A stretch of 64,000 nucleotides of DNA, from assembly GCA_965645245.1 (NCBI GenBank), contig OZ287081.1:1860001-1924000 (forward strand), given 5' to 3'. The notes under the pieces were generated by a model. The model saw only the letters and a program-made list of their open reading frames with translations. It was not told the DNA's origin and did not search any database. Within the stretch, counting starts at the first letter, position 1, and every line of letters starts with the position of its first letter. Position numbers and translations under genes: made by a program. The DNA is from Massalongia carnosa. Its lineage: Eukaryota. Shown here piece after piece: positions 24,775-37,199 of the stretch.

Positions 24775-27352
24775 ATGTACACAGATCATAAAACGGCCAG
24801 CCAATGGATGGTGCCTCGTTTCGTCAGCCGTGTCTATAATAGACGTGGAGAGATTGGGGAGCGCCTTGCTCAAGTGCTCTCATTTGATGTCTTGACGCCC
24901 GCGAAACAGCAACGAGTTTTCGTCATCATCGGTCTCGGCGGTACAGGCAAGAGCGAAGTCTGTCTGAAGTTTGCCGAAGACCATCGAGACGAGTACGTGA
25001 AATTATACGCCTTGTCGATATCCTGCTGACAAGCTAGGTACTAGGGGGTTTTCTAGCTTGACGTTGGGACCACCGCCGCGGCCGAGCAGGGATATATCGA
25101 AATAGGGCGACGGTGTGGTGTAACTGAACCGACCGTCAAAAATGTGAAGTCATGGCTAGCCTGCAGTAGTCAATGGTGGCTTCTAATCCTCGACAATGCT
25201 GATAACCTAGAGATTGATTACTTCGAATATATGCCATCCACTAGAAGTGGCGACATTTTGCTCACTACACGCAATCGAGAATGCGCTACACACAACACCG
25301 TGGGATATGAAACGCTGGATAGTCTTGAGCCTGAGCTTGCCCGGGAACTCCTACTCCGGGCTAGTTGTACGACAGAGACTCGGTGGAAGGAGAAAGAGGA
25401 AGCTGCTATGGCCGTTGTCGAAATCCTCGGGTCACATACGCTTGCAATTATCCAAGCAGGCGCGTTTATTAGAAAAAAGCTGTGCACCCTTGAGCAGTAT
25501 CCGATCATCTTTCAGCAGCAAAAGAAGCAGCTTCTGAAGTTTCACTCAAAGCAAAACCTATCGGTGTATCACAACGTGTACGCGACATTCGAGGTTTCTG
25601 CAGAATATCTTCAGAATTCTCAATCGCCTGAGGGTATGGATGCTTTGAACTTTCTACATATTCTTGCGTTCATGCATAACATTGGAATTTCAGAGACAAT
25701 GTTTCAGAAGGCTTCTGAATATGCCTGCGAGCTCAAGGAGACTGGAACAAGTAATGACGACAAAGTCTTATCTTTATCCGTGCGTCACGTCGCGAGGCTG
25801 CCGGAATATTTTCAGCAGGGGCGGTTCAGCCCTCAAGATCACTTGCGGTGGCGCAGAGCTCGTACAATCTTGGAATCTTTTTCGATCATCACCGTGCAGG
25901 AAGATGACGATTCTATCACTATTGCCGTGCCCTCTGGTGCATGCATGGGCTAAAGAGCGTCAAGACGATCAAAGTCAATGTAGAGCGTGGCAGTCAGCCG
26001 CGACCATCCTTGCGCTATCATGTCAGGGATGGTACTCCTAATGTCCCTTTTTCGTCTTTCTTCAACCTCACGTAGCTTGTGTGAATCACGAAATTGAAGA
26101 ATACACACAGACCATGTCCGACATCGAAGCTGCTCAAATACTTTTTCAACTTGCTTTCGTTCTCTATGTCTTGAGTGATGAGGGCTCGCTTGCTTTTATT
26201 CAATGCATCCGCTTGAGGCTAGAAAATAGATATAGAGCAGACCATGAAGTAGCAATAGTAATGAAAACTATTACTGGGCGTGTATCTCATCATCAGGGAA
26301 AATATGAAGAGGCGATTGATGCCTTTAGAAACGTTGTCGAGTGTAGATGTCGGGCGCAGGCCGAAGATCATCCCGATCGGCTTAATTCGCAGGTCGAGCT
26401 CGCTTGTGCTTATATTACAAATGGGCAAGTTGATAAAGCCGTCGAGCTGCTCGAGCATGTCGTCAAGATTCGAGAAAAATTAGACGAAGATCATCCCTCT
26501 CGGCTTGTTTCGCAGTATGAGCTCGATCGTGCTTATCTCGCAAATGAGCAAGTTGACAAAGCTGTCGAGCTGCTCGAGCATGTCATCAAAATTCAAGAAA
26601 AACTAGCCGAAGATCATCCTGATCGACTTGCTTCGCAACATGAGCTCGCTCGTGCTTATCTTGCAATTAAGCAAATTGACAAAGCCATCGTGCTGCTCGA
26701 ACATGTCGTCAAGATTAATGAAAAGCGGCTGATCGAGGGTCGTCTCGATCGACTTGCTTTGCAGCATGAGCTCGCTAGTGCTTATCTTGCAAATGAGCAA
26801 GTTGACAAAGCCGTCGAGCTGCTCGAGCATGTCGTCAAGGTTAAAAGAAAACGATTGATCGAAGATCATTCCTTTCGACTTGCTTTACAGCATGAGCTCG
26901 CTTGTGCTTATCTCACAATTAAGCAAATTGACAAAGCCATCGTGCTGCTCGAACATGTCGTCAAGATTAATGAAAAGCGGCTGGCCGAAGATCATCTCGA
27001 TCGACTTGCTTCGCAGCATGCGCTCGTCAGTGCTTATCTTGTAAATGAGCAAGCTGACAAAGCCGTCGATCTGCTCGAACATGTCGTCAAAATTCAAGAA
27101 AAGCTGATCGAAGATCATTCCGATCGGCTTATTTCGCAGCATGAGCTCGCTTATGCTTATCTTGCAAATGGGCAAGTTGACAAAGCCGTCGAGCTGCTTG
27201 AGCATGTCGTCAAGATTAAAGAAAGGTTGAATGTAGATGATCCTGCTCGACTTGTTTCGCAACATCTGCTTGTTAAAGCATATTGAGCAAATGGACAAAT
27301 TGACAAGGCGGAAGAAATTGAAAGTAAACTCAGATCGAATCATTTTAAATGA
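24775..27352 (+). pseudogene. Fungal NLR-like NB-ARC + TPR pseudogene (N-terminal domain missing)
   Basis: P-loop IIGLGGTGKS; intron ~24993-25038; Walker B WLLILDNAD; LLTTRN; eight 41-42 aa EDHPDRLASQHELA-type TPR repeats; in-frame TAG where W is expected, frameshift ~25930, stops near 26040 and 27284. Confidence 0.88.
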
Positions 27353-27953
27353 GTCAAGAAAGATTTGTTGTAAATTTATGATAAACATTTCGTGAATCTT
27401 ATAATAAATGTCTATATTAATTATATTCTTATTATTCAATTAATAATAGGTTATTTATCCGAAGGCGTTATGGAAACAATTCACGTCCATAATGTGTATA
27501 ACCCCTCTCCCGCTTCCTATTTATCCACTGACAGTCCCACGACCTTACCGGCGGCTCGGAGCATGCTTAGCGCCGATGCGCATCATATACTACTTGGAGA
27601 TTTCAACCTGCATCATCCCTTTTGGAATGGTCCCTCAAGACCCACACAACACGCTGCTGCTGATCAATTACTGGAAATAATCGATGATGTTGAATGGCGG
27701 TTGCGATTATAGTTATAATGGCTTGTTGGGCTCACTGCCTCATAACGTGGATAGCGGGTAGTCTAATCTTCTCTAGGAAGGTTTTAGGTTTAGCGTGCTT
27801 TGCCCTTCGGTGAAAAGCCTGCTCTTTTCCTTTTAGATAGCTATATAGTCAATGCGATTACCTGCAACCAGAGTCTCCTTTTAACTGGTTATGAGCCCGG
27901 TCAGCAACAAGCTTCCGAACATCAGAAAAGGATATAGCTCTTCGCAAATCGCT

Positions 27954-28135
27954 ATCTCGGCAGCTCGACTACGATTCCTTTAGGTAGGAAGAATCAGCAC
28001 CTCGGCAGCTCCTTACGATTCCTATGGTAGGATAAACCAGCACCTCGGCAGCTCCTTACGATTCCTATGGTAGGATAAACCAGCACCTCGGCAGCTCCTT
28101 ACGATTCCTGTGGCAGGATAAACCAGCACTCCCGG
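27954..28135. repeat. 43-bp tandem array in the Copia B leader
   Basis: cagcacctcggcagctccttacgattcctatggtaggataaac at 27995, 28038, 28081, partial at 28124. Confidence 0.9.
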
Positions 28136-28179
28136 CGGCTTGATACGACGGATCCAACAAGCACAATCAAATATCAAAA

Positions 28180-31100
28180 ATGACAACAATCGCAGACGAT
28201 CTAGCGAAAAGAAGACCCTTGCCCGTTCTGACAAGGGAGAACTATCAAAGATGGTTCGAGCTGGCCGAAATGCATTTCGAAGCGGAAGGCATCTTTCATA
28301 CAATAAGCGAGCCACAGCCCAATTCCTCGTACCTTCAGCAGCGAATGGACAAATTAAGCCTTGATGGAAAAGGAATAGATAAATCAGACACACCTCTCAC
28401 CCCGGAAACCCCAATTATCGATTCGGAAAGATGGAGAAAGGACAACGCTAAAGCATGCTATCTTATAACCATCTGCTTAAGCCAATTCGATCAAGAACGC
28501 GTAAGAGTGATGAAGACAGCGGCGGAAAAGTGGACCTCGCTGTTAAGCAAGTACAACAGCATCCTTCCCACTTCAGGAAGACATTACCTTCAAGAGCTGG
28601 TGTCATATAAAATGAAAGAGAACACCACCGTTCAGGAAGCATGGGGGGAACTTTTGTTGTTGAGAGACAAGGTCGTCATGGCCACACCCACACTTCGAGA
28701 CGCATTTCCCACTCGGCAACTATTCCAATTACTCTTACAATCTCTCCCAGCCGAGTACGCGGTCATTAGGGACGGAATTGATGCAATTGGGGGAGTAGAT
28801 GCCGAAATTGGCATAAAAAGGTTGGAAGACAAAGAAATTCAGCTAACACAGGCGAAAGCAGATTTAGCCTTGCTCGCAAAGCAGAAAGAACAGCGAAGAG
28901 AGCAGCGACGGCCTCTCAACCCATCCAGAAGTCAAAGCACATTCAACAACTCCAGGCAGGAGCGATCCAGACGGCACGAAAGGTCCTCAAGTGCAAAGAG
29001 AGAAACGAAAATCAAGGACAACTCGCAAAAGGGATGCTTAATCTGTGGAGAAGTCGGCCACTGGACCAAAGAGTGCGAATTCTTGGAAAGCACTCGCAGC
29101 CACGTCAGGAGCCTCGCGAAGAAGAAGAAAGAGGTCAATAAAGGCAAATCATCCGTCAAGCGCCATCGGAGCTATCTCGCTGGCGAGTCAGAAGAAGAGG
29201 ACGAGAACGATAGCTTCTCATCAGGCGACAATGACGATGATCTAGATGATCTCGAGGAAACTGCGGCCCTCTCCAGAGAAGCAGTCTGTAAGATTCCCAG
29301 ATCAAAATGGGTAGCTGACTCTGGCGCATCATCCCACATGACTGACAAGCTTCAGCTCTTTAGCGGACCTCTGACAAAGATTAGAGAAAGAAGAATAAAG
29401 GTCGGCGGGGGAGAATTGAGAGCATGTCATCGCGGTACGTGCGTGATCAAGGATGGGCACGGAAATCAGGGATTTCTTTCTTCTGTTCTTTATGTCCCCA
29501 AGCTAGGGGTTAATCTCTTGTCTGGAAGGCGGATGTGCGAGAAGGGCCTCATCGGAAGTTTCGATCAGCACGGGCTGAAGATGCATGACAAGCAAGGCAA
29601 GGAGATCATGGAGGCACGGCAGCGAGGGGGAGTATATATCGTCGAGAAAATAGCAAAGGATCTCGATGAATTCGCATTAACCGCGTCCATGCATCATGAC
29701 ATTGCCTTTCCAAGCAAAGTTGATATTGCATCACTCTCGTCTTCATCAGAGGCGTTAAAGCCGCGCGGCGCGGGTTTAACATGTCCAACAACACATAACA
29801 ATATGGAAATCGAGATTGAGTCAACACCCGCACTTAACCCAACCAAGACGGACAAACACTCTGAAACGTACAGGCTATGGCATCGAAGATTCGCTCACCT
29901 AGGCCGAGAAAAGCTTCGTAACCTGCATAAGGTCACCACCCTAGAAAAGCCTATTCCGGTCAGCAAAGAAGAGGATCACATTTGCGAGGTATGCGCGCTC
30001 ACTAAGCTCACCAATAAAAGAGGCAAAGCGACCGAGCGAAAAACCTCACTTCTGGCTCTGGTCTCCATCGATATTTGCGGTCCTTTGCCTGCCTCTCGAG
30101 AAGGATACACATACTTTTTGGAAATTGTGGACAACTATTCTAGAAAGATATGGTCCATTCCACTCAAAAGGCGAGACGAAGCACCAGGTGAATTGCGAAA
30201 ATGGAGAATAAAAGTCGAATTACAAAGTGCACAAAGACTATTGGCTGTACGGAGTGACAATGCCACCGAGCTGAAGGCTACTCTTGATGAATGGTGCTCC
30301 TCAATCGGTATTATTCCGCAATACACCGTTCCTCATATGTCTATTCAGAACGGAGTCGCCGAGCGAGCAATTCGTACCACCGAGAACTCGGTGCGAGCCA
30401 TGATAAAGGACGCAGAACTCCCAATCGAATTCTGGAAGGAAGCCATGGAAACTGATGCATATCTTCGGAATCGCACGGGATGCGGACCGATCATCGACGG
30501 CTATGCTAGCACACCGGAAGAAGCCTTCACGGGCGTCAAGCCATCCATTGATCACATTAGGGTATGGGGATGCAAATGCTATTCGTACGTCGATCCCAAA
30601 TCGCTACCCGCGGGGGACAGAAGAGACAAGTTCATGGACAGAGGCAGAATCGGAGTCTTTATGGGATATGTAGAAGAGACCACTAAACAGTATCGTCTCT
30701 GGGCACCCGACATGGGAAAAATCATCAGAAGCCATGTCGTAAAATTTGATGAAAATTTAAAAGGTGGCAGCGTTGATTTAAACTTGCGGAAGCAGACACC
30801 CAACGTGCTACCAGAAAGACGGCCAGTAGGAAGACCACAAAAGACAAAAGAAACGAAAATCAGCGAACCCGCCAAATTAGTAGAAAGATTTTCGCATGTG
30901 GAGGTTTCTAGTCAACAGAATCAAACTCATGACCAACCAAACCCGAAAGATGATGTCACTCAAAACGTACCACCAATCCCAACTTCCGAAGAGTCGCCCA
31001 TAGCGAATGATTCAATCCCAGCCGCAGCTGTGCCTAAGGCTAGCACTAGCATATTCTCTCATGTTGCAATCCCGAAGCGAAAGCGATCTGATGAAGACTC

Positions 31101-32847
31101 AGTTCCCGAAGAACCGGCTTTCAAAATACCGCGCGCTTTTCTAGCGCTGTTCGCCGACGATAATAACGAGGATGAAGATGGCTATCTCAAATTCGAATCT
31201 GCCCTATCGGCTGATGCTTCTTCATTTGAAAGAAACATACCCGAGCCTAAGTCTTACAAGGAAGCAGTAAATGATCCGGTGTGGGGGGAACTATGGAAAG
31301 AAGCAGTGAACACCGAGATCAAGGCGCTCATCGGTAATAAGACTTGGAAAGAAGTTGTTCCACCTCCCAAAACGAACATCGTCACCTGCTAATGGGTGTT
31401 TAAAGTAAAAACCAACCTCGATGGCTCATTGGAGAAGTTTAAAGCAAGATTAGTCGCCCGTGGGTTTACTCAAAAATACGGCATCGACTATGAGGACACT
31501 TTCGCCCCCACGGTAAGATCAGATACCCTACGTGCAGTGCTTGCCATAGTAGCGATGGAAAACCTGGAATGTCATCAAGTGGACGTGAATAACGCATTTA
31601 CCCAATCAACCTTGAAAGATGTCATTTACATGACCGCACCGGAAGGAGTAAACGTTGCCCCTGGTAGAGTTCTTCAGATTCTGCAAAGTCTATACGGTTT
31701 AAAGCAGTCCGCCAGAGAATGGAATAGCCGCTGTACAAATGAGCTGACCAAACTAGGCTTCATTCAATGCTCATCTGACCCATGCCTATTCACTCATCCT
31801 AAAAAGGGAATCATCATATTCATGCACGTAGATGACCTGGTGATCGCCTCCAAAATGATGAAAGAGATCGATTGGTTCAAGAAAGAGTTCAATGCTGCCG
31901 TTAGCATCAAGGATCTAGGAGAAGTGTCGAAGGTTCTGGGCATACGAGTAACCAGAGATCGGAAAAATCGAACTCTTCGAATGGACCAGACGCATTATCT
32001 CAAAGATGTGATGGAGAGAACACATATGAGCGCTGACAAACACAGGCCTACCGAAATTCCAATGAACGGCTATGATTCATTGCGACCGGCTGGAAAAGAT
32101 GATAAGCGCATAGATCAAAGAGAATATCAGCAAATTGTTGGAAGCCTGATGTACGCGGCAATTCATACGCGGCCAGATATAGCTTTTGCTCTTGGAAGGC
32201 TAAGCCAATATCTCAGTGATCCAGCTGCTCATCACGGTCATGCACTAAAGACGCTGCTTAGATACGTTCGGTCCACCATTGACATCGGTATACTGTATGG
32301 GGCTGGGGGGAATCATGGCCAAGGCCTCATTGGGTATTCCGACCCAGACTACGCAGCTGATAGGCTCGAAAGAAAATCGATCTTGGGATACGTGTACATG
32401 CTAGGGGGAGGGCCTATATCGTGGATGAGCAGAAAGCAAAAGTCGGTTGCTACGTCTACAACGGAGGCAGAATACATGGCCTTATCAACTTGTGCTAAGG
32501 AGGGTTTATGGCTCGTTCAGCTGATGAAAGACATAGGCTTCGAGAAATATTTCAGTCATAACGTCAATATTCGTGAGAACTTGACGCATCAAGCTGACTC
32601 CCCGATGCGGTTAAAAGGAGATAATCAAGCCGCTATCCAACTGGCAAAAGATGCTCACATTCATGATAGATCTAAGCATATCGACGTTGCCTATCATCAC
32701 ATTCGGGACCTGCACAAGCGAAATCGAATTCAGGTCGAGTACATACCCAGCGGAGAGATGATTGCCGACGGCCTAACCAAGCCTCTAAATAAGCCCATCT
32801 TCAATCGGTTCATTGGTCAATTGGGACTGCAAAAATGGAAAGAGTAA
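28180..32847 (+). pseudogene. Copia B gag-pol with one nonsense mutation (31390-31392)
   Basis: CLICGEVGHWTKEC; WVADSGASSH; integrase SIDICGP...VRSDNATE; TAA replaces K in IVTC(K)WVFK; RT motif reads HVDD. Confidence 0.93.
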
Positions 32848-35800
32848 GGTAGTATCGCACCGCAAGGGGACTGTTGAATGGCGGTTGCGATTATAGTTAT
32901 AATGGCTTGTTGGGCTCACTGCCTCATAACGTGGATAGCGGGTAGTCTAATCTTCTCTAGGAAGGTTTTAGGTTTAGCGTGCTTTGCCCTTCGGTGAAAA
33001 GTCTGCTCTTTTCCTTTTAGATAGCTATATAGTCAATGCGATTACCTGCAACCAGAGTCTCCTTTTAACTGATGATCATAATCTTTCGTTGACACTGCCG
33101 AAAGGCACCGTAACATGGGAAGCAAGAAACACGTCTAGCACGATAGATTTGGTTTTCATGTCAGAATACCTAGTCGAAAGACTCGAACACTGCATGTCCA
33201 GACCAGAATTGAATCAATCGTCCGATCACGTGCCGATATCAACCCGCATCCTACTCGGAAGCGAGCCGCAACCGAAAATCAAACGCAGAGCATGGAAACT
33301 TCTAAACCTGGAAAAATTAAGGGAGGCCGAACGACACGCCCCTATACCGGAGTCTCCCCGTACCACTGCCGAGATTGATGCGTACACGGAATCGATTCAA
33401 AAATTTCTACAAAATGTCATCAACGAAGCAGTTCCATGGGCAAAATCTAGCGAATATGCTAAGCCATTCTGGACAGAAGAATGCAGCATTGCCACCAAAG
33501 CCACACGGAAACTACGCCGCATATGGTCCAGCACGTTAGACCTAACGGACTGGTCTAACTATATGAAATCCAATGATAAAAAACAGAAAATCATTCAAAA
33601 GGCAAAGAGAACAAACTTTCGTCAAGAAATCAATATGGCCACCGAAACGCCTCAGGGACTATGGCGGCTAGCGAAATGGGCCAAAGACAAAAGTCATCAA
33701 TCTAGAGAAGTATCCAAAATGCCGATGCTAAAATTCAATGACCAAGTAGCAGACACGTTTGACCAAAAAGCCGAAATGCTGAAAGGTGTCTTCTTTCCCG
33801 CACCACCACCGGCCGACCTAAGCGACATAGAAGGATCCTTCTATCCTACATCGCCGCACTGCCCAATAATCATCACCAAGTCAGAAGTATCGACGGCCCT
33901 GAGTCGGCTCAAGTCCGATAAGGCACCGGGCCCAGACGGCATATCTAACAGAATACTCAAAGCATGCAGCGAAATACTTGTCGAACTACTAACACCTCTG
34001 TTTCAGGCGTGCGTCACACACTCGTACCACCCGCGGGCCTTCAAAATGGCAAACACAATAGCGCTGAAAAAAATAGGCAAAGGAGACTATACCACGCCGA
34101 AAGCCTACCGACCAATTGCACTGCTCAACACGCTCAGTAAAGTTATGGAATCCATCATTGGATCGAAAATAACCTATCTGGCGGAAAAACACCGGCTCCT
34201 ACCCGATACACAGATGGGAGCAAGGAAGGGCAGATCCACAGAGTCAGCACTGGAACTGCTAACTGAACAGGTTCACACGATTTGGGGACAGGGAAAAGAC
34301 AAAGTAGCCACACTGCTAAGCATGGACGTCGCCGGCGCGTTCGATACGGTATCACATCAACGACTAACGCATAACCTACGGAAAAGAAAAATTCCAAAAT
34401 GGATCACCGACTGGTTAAACAGCTTTCTGAGCGATCGAAGCACCACTTTAGCAATAAATCGAAAAGTCACTGGGCGGTTTGCGGTAAGAACGGGTATCCC
34501 GCAGGGCTCTCCCCTGTCATCCATTCTTTACCTATTTTACAATGCAGATCTGTTGGAAATATGTGATCGACCAGGCAAAAACACAAGTGCCATAGGATTC
34601 GTAGACGACGCAAACATTTTGGCATATGGAAAAAGCACCGAGGAAAACTGCAAAACTCTAGAGGCAATACACAGACAATGTGAGACGTGGGCTTCCCGGC
34701 ACGGATCCGTATTTGCTCCGACGAAGTACGAACTCATACACTTGTCTAGAAATCCCAAAAGATTCAACATGACTGCATCCATCAATATTGCTAGCACCGA
34801 AATTGAACCTAAAACGGACATCAGAGTATTGGGCCTACAAATCGACACCAAATTGAAATGGGGATCGCACGTTCGCAAAACGCAAGAGAAAATGGTCAAA
34901 CAATCCATGGCATTGACAAAAATTTCCACATCAACCTGGGGTGCCACCTTCGCCAAGGCAAGGCAGGTTTACAGTGCCGTGGTGCGTCCGGCCATGACAT
35001 ATGGGTCAACCGTATGGCACATGCCCAAAGAAGTCAAAAAGTCAAAAACGTCAACGAGCAAGCTCTCCGTCATGCAAAACAATTGCCTTCGCACCATAGC
35101 CGGTGCCTTTAAAGCCACTCCCATCTCAGTACTAGAAGCAGAGACATTCATAGCACCCATAGACACGCATCTCGACATGCTACAAGCACAGGCAAGGCAC
35201 CGGCTCCGAGCCGGAGGCCAATTGAAGATCATCTCCTCCGCATGCAACAAAATAGCTGACAAACTTCGAGGCAAGGCAGGTCGCAAACGACTTCAAAAGC
35301 CCACCCCGGGAGAGCTGAAACACATTTGGGCCAAAAGCCTACTGATCGACTCAAAAATAGTTCAACCACCAAAGGCACACCCACCATGGTTCGAAGTCTA
35401 CCCGGCGTGGCACCGCGAAGCTACCGTTGCGGCAACGGCCCGACACAAGCAGATGCAAACAATCAAAGCACGACAAATGAAGGTCTGGAACGACTCGTGG
35501 TGCGCATATCAAAATCGCGTCATCGAACCCTCCATAGCACAATCAGTCCCACTGAGCAAAAAACGGCTGAAAATACACACGCAGCTAAAAAAGGCAGAAA
35601 GCGCTCTAACAACTCAAATCCGCACTGGCAAGATCGGGTTAGCTGACTTCCTTTACAAGCGACGGGTGCCCTCCGTCACCTCACCGGCCTGCTCATGTGG
35701 CTGGCACAGACAAACTCCAGAACATGTAATCATGTTCTGCAGACTTATTGACAATAGAGAACAGATGTTTCGCGCCGCCGGCACGAGCGACTATCAGCAG

Positions 35801-36299
35801 CTGACCAAATCATCAAAAACTCTGAAGATACTAACTGCTTGGCTAATGAAAACAGGCTTATTGAATCAATTCTCACTAGCATCAACATTATTGTAAAATC
35901 AACAATAGTTGAACCTTTCTTTCTTCCTTCTCTTTTCACAAGGCATTACAGTTCCCACACGTCTTTTGCACTGCGTCTCCCGCCCGACGTCGACACGTAG
36001 TCACATCGGACGGGTATCAAGGGACATGGTTTTTACACCTGTGAAAGGTTTTCCATGTAACATAACTTAGATAGCTTTGCCCGCATGGGCCGGCCTACGG
36101 CCGGTGTCATATCGGAGTATGAATACATCATCATCATCATCATCAATAGGTTATTTATCAAAATATTTATCGGTCGTCTTCGATATTCAAACCCGCATAA
36201 GCTAGATCTACAATTATAGTGTTGAAAGAGTTAACTTATCAACGCATCGACGATCGCACAAGCTACAAATCGCATGAGTAGCTTATTGTGGATTTCTTG

Positions 36300-37000
36300 T
36301 TAAGTCGGAGCAGCAAAGCTCTTTAACTTACCTCTCTCAGTCAAGAGCTGCCAACGATCACTCATCATCACAGCACTTGTTTCCTCAAATTCTGACCGCT
36401 GTTTTGCGGATAAGAGTTCTAGCTGTGACCGAGTACCTATGATAATTTTGTCGACGATACGGCATCTCAAAGCTCGCCTTTGCTTGTAGTTGAAAATTTA
36501 TCTGATGAATCAACGACGCAGTGACTCAAAGACTCCAATGAAGATTATTTGAAAATTTTGAATAACGAAACAATTGATATTGTGCATATCAAGCTTAAGG
36601 ACAACAGACAGAGTCATCGTGATTGATTTACACCCTATGACGGCGTTAACGATCTCGTCGCGTTCACAACGTATCCCACTGAGTTCGAATCCATAGATGA
36701 CCTTCCAAATCACATCAAAGGCTGCCCAGTCAAAGTCATCAAAAAGATGTAGATGGGTCGACCGTCGATATAACAGCTTTAGTTTCGAGTAACTAGATCA
36801 ATTTCAGAGTAATGCGGTGCATTTGGGGCGCAGCAAGGCGACTTAGGAAGCTCGTGCTTATCAGTCTTTTCACAAATTTCGAGGAGAGGGCAAAAAGGTT
36901 AGGATTGAATCAAACGTTGTCCTTGGGCTTCGACTTGTGGTGCTTCAGGGCCATGGAGCCCACGATGGGGATGCAACTCAGGACTATGGGGCTATGACTG
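36300..37000 (-). pseudogene. Possible cytochrome P450 relic
   Basis: Manual translation across frameshifts gives LISTSFLSRLAAPQMH...ETKA...DGRP...DDFDWAAFDVIWKVIYG, resembling the C-E helix region of fungal P450s; no heme motif seen. Confidence 0.35.
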
Positions 37001-37199
37001 CACTAGGGCGTCTTTAATAACGCGCAGCACCGCCCTCTTGATATTTTCAGATAAATCTTGAGTAATGTGTTGAATTTCATAGAAGAAGATGTAACTTGTT
37101 GTGTGTCTCGGAAGAAGAGGATGTGTGTGCATGTTGTTGAGAGAAAGAGGAAGAAAACATGACGCGCCTTTTTGTGAGCACTAAACCACTAGTGTGCCG

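Larger units (their letters stand above)
27688..33070 (+). mobile_element. Full-length Ty1/Copia retrotransposon B
   Basis: 199-bp LTRs 27688-27886 and 32872-33070 (one visible mismatch); TSD GATGA; PBS GGTTATGAGCCC at 27887; purine tract aagggga before the 3' LTR. Confidence 0.96.
27460..36144 (+). mobile_element. 5'-truncated Tad1-like LINE 2 (ORF2 without RNase H), interrupted by Copia B
   Basis: Endonuclease fragment IHVHNVYNP...LGDFNLHH at 27470-27687 continues at 33076; RT GIPQGSPLS, GFVDD; ends at 35896; (CAT)n tail; 15-bp TSD aataggttatttatc (27445-27459, 36145-36159). Confidence 0.93.

Noticed and set aside
31390..31392. Programmed readthrough at the Copia B stop (and at 41660 and 9607)
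   Set aside because: These stops fall inside conserved pol regions rather than at a gag/pol boundary and lack the UGA-CUA context; they are best read as nonsense mutations.
32984..33075. N-terminus of the 970-aa track ORF
   Set aside because: It is translated Copia B LTR; the true LINE 2 ORF2 continues from 27687 across the insertion.
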